A stretch of 63,807 nucleotides of DNA, the filler included, from Pelomyxa schiedti (taxonomy: Eukaryota > Protista > Evosea): assembly GCA_020536535.1 (NCBI GenBank). It is 10 parts of 10 records of this genome, joined end to end, with 100 filler letters (N's around TTAATTAATTAA, not from the genome) between each part and the next. Parts side by side here need not be neighbours in the genome. Positions count along the whole stretch, not along the records: positions 42,783 to 62,530 come from JAHLWZ010001101.1; positions 62,631 to 63,807 come from JAHLWZ010002734.1; 8 more parts are not named here. The stretch is one strand, 5' to 3'. The notes under the pieces are model-generated. The model saw nothing but the letters and a program-made list of their open reading frames with translations, was not told the DNA's origin and made no database searches. A program made the translations under genes and the position numbers. Positions 55,420 to 63,807 of the stretch are shown here, one piece after another (position 1 is the stretch's first letter; each line of letters starts with the position of its first letter).

Positions 55420-58400
55420 ATGTCAGCATCAAACACATTCAGGAGGCTACTTTGTTTGACCCTCCTTCTGGGCCTGTTTTTTGGTTGCATACATGCAAAG
55501 CAGCTTTTTGGAAGAAGTAGGGCCACCAATGGACCTCTTGTAGTCAGGATGTTGCCTCATGAGTGTCCTTTCTCGTCGAGGAATGAAAACTTGGCTTGGT
55601 ATTGTTAACCTCTCTTTTTGAGTTTAAAAAATAACTTTGTGAGTTCAGGTTCCTGAAGAATCACTTCCATGGTGTCTCTCTGGGTGACATGCAAGTTGTT
55701 AGCAGTATGCCCAAGATATTCGGAGATAAGTCACAGGAGATAGTTACATTCAAGCAAACATTCCATGGCATCCCTGTGGAAGGTTTTCCTTTTTAGATCG
55801 AGTCTTTTTGTTATTAACATCCTTTAGGAGCAGGAATGAAAGTAATATTTGACAATGCAAACAAAATTGTGCAGGTCTCCTGCAAAATTGTTGATAGGTA
55901 TCATTTTTTTTTCTTTTATTCACTGATTTATTTATCTTTTGACAGAATCACTCTCAATCACGTTCCCACTGTGTCCAAGGAAGTTGCAATGAACAGTGCC
56001 CTTTATACTGCTTCTCTCATGACTGAGCCTTCAACTCTAAGGCACATCACCTTACTTTCTGGTACCTTATGCTTGCTATTATTTTTCAAATTTTACCTGT
56101 GTTCTAGACATGCAAGTAGAGGAAGTATCCCTGAAGGTTTACCGCACTGGTCTTACTTCTGACTACATTGGTGACAACCATCTTATTTACCAAGTGCAGC
56201 TTCGTTCCGCATCCTCCAAATTCATGAAATAGTAATGCTCCTCTTGGTCTCTCATTTTCTCACATTGAACAGTTCCTTCTTGGTTGACGCACATACTGGA
56301 ATAGTTATTGGTGTCCGAGATGTGTTCAAGGGATCAATGTACAGGTACTCTCCATCCTTTCAATTCTTGTTAATAACAATGGCTCAAGGGAAGTACGATA
56401 CTACCCATCCACTACACCCTATTGGGTTGAGGGTGACTCGATGCCAGTAGACGATTTTGAGGCAACCTCATTTTTGAATGCAGCTGGTGACTATTACACC
56501 ACCCTGTATAACATGTATCAGTGGCGTAGTTTCGATAACCAAGGTTTCCAGCCATTACCTGCAATTCCCGGGATCTAATTGAATCCAGATTCTGCACTAA
56601 TTGGAAACGTATACATGGTCGACTTCATATGCCCTAATGCCTACTTTTCTCCTGAGGATAACATGACCTACTTTTGCACTGGGTTAGCGCGCTTTGATAG
56701 TGAGTTTAGTGGCAGTTAGAATTTCCCTCATTCCATCAAATAGTTGCTACACACGAACTTGGGCACGCTCTCACATCTTGCCTTGATAACGGAGTCTATG
56801 AATACATGTCTGGTGCTCTGCAAGAAGCTTTCTCTGATACTATTGCAGAAACTTTCTCTCAGTTCTGGAACGGCAGTGGTAGCTCTCTATCGCCCTTTCC
56901 TTCCACCTAAACTCACTCCCATCAGGCTACTATGAGCCTCGCAGTCTTGACAGAAAGTGTTTAGATACAGTAACAGCAACAGAAAAGAGATGGATTTGCG
57001 GTGATGACTGCGAAATGTTCGATGATGGTAACTATCCACACGTCCATGAATTAAGACTGAAGAATACCATCAGGGTTACGCGACTTGTACAACCCCACTT
57101 GCTATGGCAACCCTGAACTTATCTCTGAACTTATCTGCTATCCTTATGACATGAACGGCGTTCATGACAACTGTGGTACGTTTTATTTGTTTTCTCTACC
57201 ATTAGAGTAATCGTGTACAGGTCCTCCAAGTGTGCTATTTGCCTTACTTGCAGATGGTGGATATTTCCACGGTCCTCTGTTTAATGGGATAGGATTACTT
57301 AAGGTTAGTTATTGGTTGAGTTGTGGGTTTCTTTAAGTAAACACTTTACTAGGCATGGCACATTTTCTTCCAAGCTAAGTACGAGTACCAGACTTCCTCT
57401 GAAACCTTCTCTGAGTACGCTACTCATCTCAAGATGGCCTGCCAAGACTTGTTGTTCGATGAGGCTTATCTCATTGACCAATTTGGCCAAAACACAACCC
57501 AACACGTGACACAAGACGATTGCGTTGTACTCGGTAATGAAATTACAACCAGTATTGGCCAACATGTTAACATACATTATCAGAAAGTGTCATTGGAGCC
57601 ATTGGGATGGATGATCAACCTTGTGAGCTGTTAACTCACTCATTTACTCATTTCTGATTCTGTTTAGGCTCTGAGTATACTTTGTGGGGTGCGTATCCCT
57701 CCTACGTCCCCACCTCTGGTGGTGCCACGGCCATCTACACCTCTGGCTGTGAAGGGTGCACAACATACATGAAGGTATTGACTTCTTTCATACCTCCTTG
57801 GCGTTTCTCATTCGTCCTTCAGATTCAAGACACCATTCTTGCTAAGGAAACACAACCGTTCACGTTTTACGGTACAACATCTGGCTGGAATCAATATGCC
57901 GGAATGATACTACCAGCATTCGCCGGTGGTGATAGAAATGTGAACTACGCAATTGCCAGCGACGCCGATTTTGAGACCACCCCAGCACTCAATCCCGATT
58001 ATTCCCTTCCCATGACCATTACCTACTACGGTTTATCCCTCTCTACTATTTCTCGCAATAATGTATATAGATCAACCCAAGTTGGATTCCCTGGACCCAT
58101 CATTTGGTGATTACACTGGCGGCTACATGGTATCCATTCTCGGCGAGGGATTCCAAGCCTTCAAGGGTCCTTGCAGCCCCATAAGTGGTTTTGACTATGA
58201 CTGCTTGGCCTGTACGCAAAACACCCCACCGCTGCTTTGTTTGTTAACTTAAAAACACTAGGTGTCTGGTGGAATTCAAGATTCCCCACTATGAAGAGAG
58301 CCGGACACGGCTATTTCGTATCTGAAAAAGAAGTACAGTGCGAAGCACCCGCAGTACCAAATCCAGGCACATGGAATGTCACTGTGACTCTCAATCTTCA

Positions 58401-58440
58401 CTCTGAGGCACCCACATCATTGCAGTTTGTGTTCCAGTAA
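55420..58440 (+). CDS. Secreted thermolysin-like M4 metallopeptidase with propeptide and C-terminal IPT/TIG-like domain
   Basis: Signal peptide; FKQTFHGIPVEG; FLVDAHTG; CPNAYF; ATHELGHA; SGALQEAFSD; GLRDL; GVHDNCG; LDPSFG..GGYMVSILGEGF. Confidence 0.85.
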
Positions 58441-58649
58441 TAAACAATACAATTATTCCATTTTTGTTACGCCTTCCTGGCTCTATCACTACAACACATT
58501 TTTTTTTTTTTTTTTTGCTGAATTTAAAACTTTATTTTTCGGTTTGTTTTTAACAGTGGCTTTTTTTTTGTACACATATTGTACCATGGTGAATGTTGCA
58601 GAATTCAACTCAACAACATACAGACCAGCAAATCCTCCCATGACATTGG

Positions 58650-61600
58650 CTGGGATTTCTCACAGTCATCATCACTTATGTCGTCAGTACTTGACTGTGT
58701 TTCTTCACAGCTAGTGGAGATTGCGCTCACTCCGGGATGGTGAGCCGGTTCAATGACAGGTGGTGGGTCCTCCTTTCAGGGGTGAGAATGAAATAGATAA
58801 GATAGGGTGTGCGTTACCTCAACTAAAGTGTTGCAGCCAAGTGTATTGTCATTCATGTATGAGGGTTCCTGGCAGTCACCCTTTATTGTGATTAAATGAG
58901 GGCTTCAATTGGAGAGTGAGACTTACGTTGGAGACAACCGCGTATCGTGGATTGGTTTCATTTTTCTCCGCAATGTCGTGATGGGAGGGAATCTCAGGTT
59001 TCTCCGCAATGTCAATGTCATGATGAGAGGGAATCTCAGGTTTCTGTGTTGCAGAGGGTTGGGGTAAGGTGACTTGTGCGCTACATTCAATAGGGGAAGT
59101 GGGACAAGGAGGTGGTGTGGCTGGCTGAGTGCTTTTCGCGGTAGTCGGAAGCACGGGTTGATGAGCTACAGGTGGCATTGGAGTGCCTCCAGCTGAGTGA
59201 ACGGGCACAAATGTATATCTTGGGTTTTCCTCGTCGGATTCGGTTGCAGTCTCATCGTCTGTATCATCTGATGTTTGAACTGAAGACTTTTTCGGTTCCA
59301 CAGTAGAACTTTGAGGCGGTGTGCTGTGTGGAGGGCTCGGAACTGGATTTGTTGTGGGTGGACTTGCGGCATTTCCTGTTTTCTTCTTCCTAGCAGTTTT
59401 ACTTGTGCTAGTAGGCAGGGGAGCGAGGTCTGCACCAACCACGCTATATCCAGCGTAGGCAGAGCCACCAACATAAGGGAATGTAGGATCTTGCAATCTT
59501 TTCAACTCGGTCTGCAACCTGCGGAGTATAAGGCGTTGGAGGTGCAACTGTGTTATCAAAAGTATTTCTTCTGGGGTATGAGAACAGGAGGCAGAGAAAG
59601 AAGTTGAACAACGAGGACGTTTGCCAGGACGGCGTTTTCTTACAAGCCCGTCTTCCCCATACTTCCTGGAGTGAATGTGTTCATCACGATAGTCATCATC
59701 CGAATCATCTTCCTCGGATTCGTTTTCGTTCTCCTCAGCTTCACTGTTTTCGTCTGTCTCAGGATTGTATTCATCAGTGCTTTCTTGTTGATGTGTATTC
59801 TTGCCCGAAGATTTCTTTGGCTGGGGTGCAGTCTTGGAAGGTTTTTTATTCTTGGCTCTTGTTTGTATAGTGCTTGACTTAGAGTGGTGTCGGTGAGCAT
59901 CTGCTTTTTTTGAGGTAGTGCTCCCTTCTTCTGGAACTGCTGAGGTTGATTTTGACGGTTTTTCTTCACTTTTTTCCATTGTTTTTCTTCTTTTGTCGTG
60001 TAGTCTGGTTTTCTTTATTCCTCTCGCGTGGTGGTGTGCTTTGCTCTTTGGGGATGTTTTCTGGGGCTGAGGAGGGGCTGTGGACCCCGTTTCTACTTGT
60101 TGAGGACATTGATCTTGAGCTTGCGGAGTAGTGGAGGGAGTGGGGGTAAACTGAGGTGGCACGGGTTGATTTTGAACGACTGGTGGGGGACTGGCGGGTG
60201 TAGAATTTTGCGGAGGCTGCGGGGTAAATGGGGAAGGTGCAACTGACGGTGATAATTGAGGACTCCTTTGTTGATTAAGGCCAGGGTCATCTTCCATAGG
60301 AACAACGTTTCCCACCTGAGCCTGTTGGTTATTGGGAGGAATGTATGGTACTTGGATTGCTTGTGGTGAACTTTGCGGGGGAGTTGGTGGCTGTGTCGAT
60401 TGAGCAGAATGTTGAGGGAGTCGAAGTTGTTGTGGCGGTTGTGGTTGTGGCTGTGGTTGCTGTTGTGGTTGCGGTTGTTGTTGAAAGCCCACTACACGGT
60501 AAGTCTTGGTTTGAACTGAACCACTGGGGTACACATTCTGGTAGATCTGACTTGTTCCTGGAGGGTTCATGGAGACCGCTTGGTTGACTGCAGCCTGGTG
60601 TAGGGCAGCTTGGGCCAGTGCCTGTTGTTGTAATTGCTGTTGTTGCTGCTTTTTCTGTTCTTGTTGGGCATAAGCCCGGATCGCTTCCACAGCCTTTCTT
60701 TGCAACTGAAGCTCGTCCATTTGCTGTTGGTGTTGCTGACGTTGAAGGGAATACTGCTGCATCTTTTGATTAAAAGCGTGTTGGGAAAAGGGCTGAGGTG
60801 GTGGAATATAAGATTGCGTATGCGTGGAAGCGGGGGGAATTCTCACATCTGTCATATGATTTACTTCTACAGAATAAACTTGTGAAACCGGCATAGCAGC
60901 CAAGAAAGTAGGGTGCACACCTGAAGGTGAGTTGCCTCCATCACGAATTGCATTCCCGTTGACCAGCGTGCCCGGCTCACCATCATCACTGTTCATGAAC
61001 GAAGGATTGGAAGAGTGGTTCCCAGTGCCATGAGGGTCATTTTTCACCCTGCGGGCGTGCAAAGAAGTTCTCGAGGACCGAGTAGGTTGGTGGTTCACAT
61101 ATTCTCTTCCAGGGGCCGCTGCATTTGGGGTTCCAACACCAGAATTGCACCGGACAGCCATGGGCATATTCGGCGTCATATGGATCATGCCTTGTGGAAT
61201 AACTTCAGTAACAAGGTATCCAACTGCGGGTCCTGGAATCGGCGAAGTCCCCATAGGAATTTGCACCAATTCGCCCCCATGAGCCATGACTGGGCCCGAA
61301 AAAGACACGCAAGAAGCAGAAGAGCCCACGCCGGCTTCTGCACTGGCCAATGTCCCATTCCCTATTCCCGTAGCTGTTCCATTTACTGTAGTTTCAGTTC
61401 CGTTCGTCTTTATTGGCTACATATGTGATAAGTATGTGAATTGAATATGTTACTGTAATAGGTTACAATTGCACAATTGCAACCCCAAGAATACATTTCT
61501 ACACAATCAATATCATTAATCAAAACCAAACACTCAATCAATTGATAAATTAATAAACCAAATATATAAATAGACAAAGGAGAAGGAACCAGGGCACACC

Positions 61601-62070
61601 AAGGGCTCAGAGCAATCCTCAGGCCCAAGAGAACGAGATGCCGATGCTGATGAAGCTGGCATGGGAACAATCCCAACGGCCGGATTTGAAACTGGATTGA
61701 CAGTATTGGCAGTATTCACCGGATTGGGAACAGGAACAGGATTTGCGGGCTTGGCAGGATTAACCGGACTGGGACAAGAATTGGCGGGATTGGCAACAGG
61801 ATTGGAGCCCACGGGTGTCACAGCCACTGTAGTTGCATTAACGTCACCATTGCTGTTTGTAGTGGTGATACTGATGGACGTATTGGTACTTGGACTAGCG
61901 TTGGTTGCAGGGGTGGCCGAGTTGGTTGCTGTTGTAGTAGTAGACGTAGATGCAGATGTAGATGGTGCTGTCGTCGTAGTGGGTGGCGGTTGTGGGGTGT
62001 TGGTGCTGGGATTTGTTGTTGATGGAGGGGGCGTGGGCGCCGACGAGAGATCTGGGTGTGGGGAGGTCAT
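58650..62070 (-). CDS. Long low-complexity (Q/P/T-rich, basic and acidic tracts) protein of unknown function; 3' end uncertain
   Basis: Exons 61585-62070 and 58880-61370, with further short exons downstream. Confidence 0.55.
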
Positions 62071-62877
62071 CGTATCGTGATACGTTCGTGTCGTGACGGA
62101 GGATACTTGTTGTGTTGTTGGTTGGTTTTTCGTGTGCGGGGCGAGGATTTCACGCTGTGGGTTGGTCGTGGTGGTGAAAAGTAGGAACAACGGATGAAAT
62201 CCTGGATTGGTGGCACCGAGGTGTGAGGATTGATTTTTTTTTCTTGTGCTGTCGCGTGCGATCTCGCCTTGGCAGGGCGAAAGTTTTTTTTATCGGCTTG
62301 TGGCAGTTGTTTTTCCCCCTTTTAAGGACTCGAGAGAGGAAAAAAAATGGTCCTTTCAAAATAGATGTCGCTCTGGTCTGGCCCGCTTAGCACATCATTT
62401 TTTTTTTTCGTTGTTTATTAGATGTTTAGAAAATCACCGCAGTTGCAAGACTCAAAGTGGAGAGCGAAGGTGCCGACCCTTGAACAATTTTTCCTCCTCT
62501 CGCAATAGATGGCGTTTCCGTTCAAAGTGANNNNNNNNNNNNNNNNNNNNNNNNNNNNNNNNNNNNNNNNNNNNTTAATTAATTAANNNNNNNNNNNNNN
62601 NNNNNNNNNNNNNNNNNNNNNNNNNNNNNNCGCGTGATACCATAGGTAAATAACTTTGAGGTTACATTTAGTGTTGTAACGGTGCTAGAGTGACACTGCC
62701 CGAGCTTAGGCTGAGGTTGTAAGAGTGACAAGTCAATCAGTACGTGTTTTTAGGGAACTTTTTCTTGAGGAATGTAAGTGGGGATGCAAAGGGCGGAAGT
62801 GGATACCTTGTGGCTTTTGGTTATGATCTTAAGAGAAGACTCTGATGGCTTGACTTTTACCCCTTCTAAGATACCCC

Positions 62878-63350
62878 TATTCACATTCCTCAGCAAACTG
62901 GGAAGGGGTTTTGCCGCCGTTATCTTGCGCCATTTTCGCTTGGGACCCTGTTGAGGCATCTTTCAGTAAAAGGTTCACAGCTTCAATATTTCCCCCAGCT
63001 ACTACAAGATGAAGGGCATTTCTGAGTGAATGGGATTAGAGTTGGCTCTTATTTAGTGTACTACACACCTTCCATTCACATCTGTTTCCAACGGGGAGCA
63101 CCCAGAAGCGAGCAGTTTTTTCATACATTCTACATTGCCATAGTACACTGCCACGTGAAGTGGTGGTGGTGCGTTGGGTGTCCTTGGGGGGAGATGTGCC
63201 ACCACACTTTTGGAGCAAAGTTTCGACTACTGCCGGATTCCCAATGAAGGATGCTCTGCTGAATTCAGTAGGAGCAGTTGTTATGCTTGTATCATTACAA
63301 TTTTCTTCGCTTGTTCGGTTCCTGTTGGAGTGAAGCTGGTCAGCTACCGA
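62878..63350 (-). pseudogene. Ankyrin-repeat gene fragment with a frameshift
   Basis: ASFIGNPAVVETLL..KDTQRT /PLHVAVYYGNVECMKKLL..DVNGR|NALHLVVAGGNIEAVNLLL..DNGGKTP..*. One extra base in the (ACC)n run at ~63165. Confidence 0.6.
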
Positions 63351-63807
63351 GTCTACCAGATAGCGAAATTGAGTCTGTACTTAAATGCCTTTTAAGCCAA
63401 GAGTGTCACTGAATGGAATGTCACTCGCTTACTAGGCTTTTAAGCTCAGAAACCTAAATCACCTGTGGTTTGCGACTCGAGTCGAATTCTAGTGGCACGT
63501 TGGATTAAATGATAAGAGCGGGAAAATGGTACCATTTTCACACTTTAAAGTGCGGGAAGATTCATGGTGCCCGGGGTATAATGTGCCAAGCAGCCAAGGA
63601 GTGCTTTGTAACTCATCGAAGCCTAACGTAACATGGGTTTGTGATTGTCTCGAGACGCAGGTGAGCCAAAATCTCGAACTTAGATGAAAAAGCTATTAAG
63701 GTACAATACAATTGTATGCAAGCTGTACGAGGAGATTATAGGCGATCAAATGCAGAAAACACCGTATGTGATTATTAGCCGAGACTACAAAGAGCCACCC
63801 ACCACTA

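Noticed and set aside
1-63807. CRISPR arrays, rRNA genes, prophage or endosymbiont contigs
   Set aside because: No repeat-spacer periodicity or rRNA motifs were seen. The bacterial-type genes carry spliceosomal introns.

Overview
Eukaryotic protist DNA, not prokaryotic. The window is a concatenation of 10 unrelated contigs joined by artificial 100-nt linkers (N44-TTAATTAATTAA-N44) at 2103, 3403, 4807, 6188, 27153, 28977, 35835, 42683 and 62531, plus two plain N100 scaffold gaps (31448, 38455). Conserved genes are densely interrupted by short (mostly about 36-55 nt) GT-AG or GC-AG introns, so the ORF track fragments them. The expanded gene families and a RegA-like phosphodiesterase suggest an amoebozoan, probably a Pelomyxa-like archamoeba (inference). 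Recognisable genes: Rab, atypical Rac, an LRR-Ras fusion, a pseudo-GTPase-C1 fusion, PRP4, a receiver-PDE, an RBR E3 ligase, PepD, an M4 peptidase, a VIT/vWA/DUF2135 protein, an FGE-domain protein, a SAM methyltransferase, a kinase-Sel1 protein and ankyrin proteins. The main leads are: (1) about 11 copies, on 6 contigs, of an intronless family with an N-terminal 'ARDQFLAL..SH.RCG..SP' module and a divergent beta-rich body; (2) a mosaic island at 23.4-27.15 kb with an intact intronless gluzincin, large hairpins and a decayed ubiquitin-like/ADP-ribosyltransferase fusion that the ORF track does not show; (3) a MITE-like element with perfect 114-bp inverted repeats; (4) a nested palindrome cluster at 43.15-43.37 kb. 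All gene models were spliced by eye.
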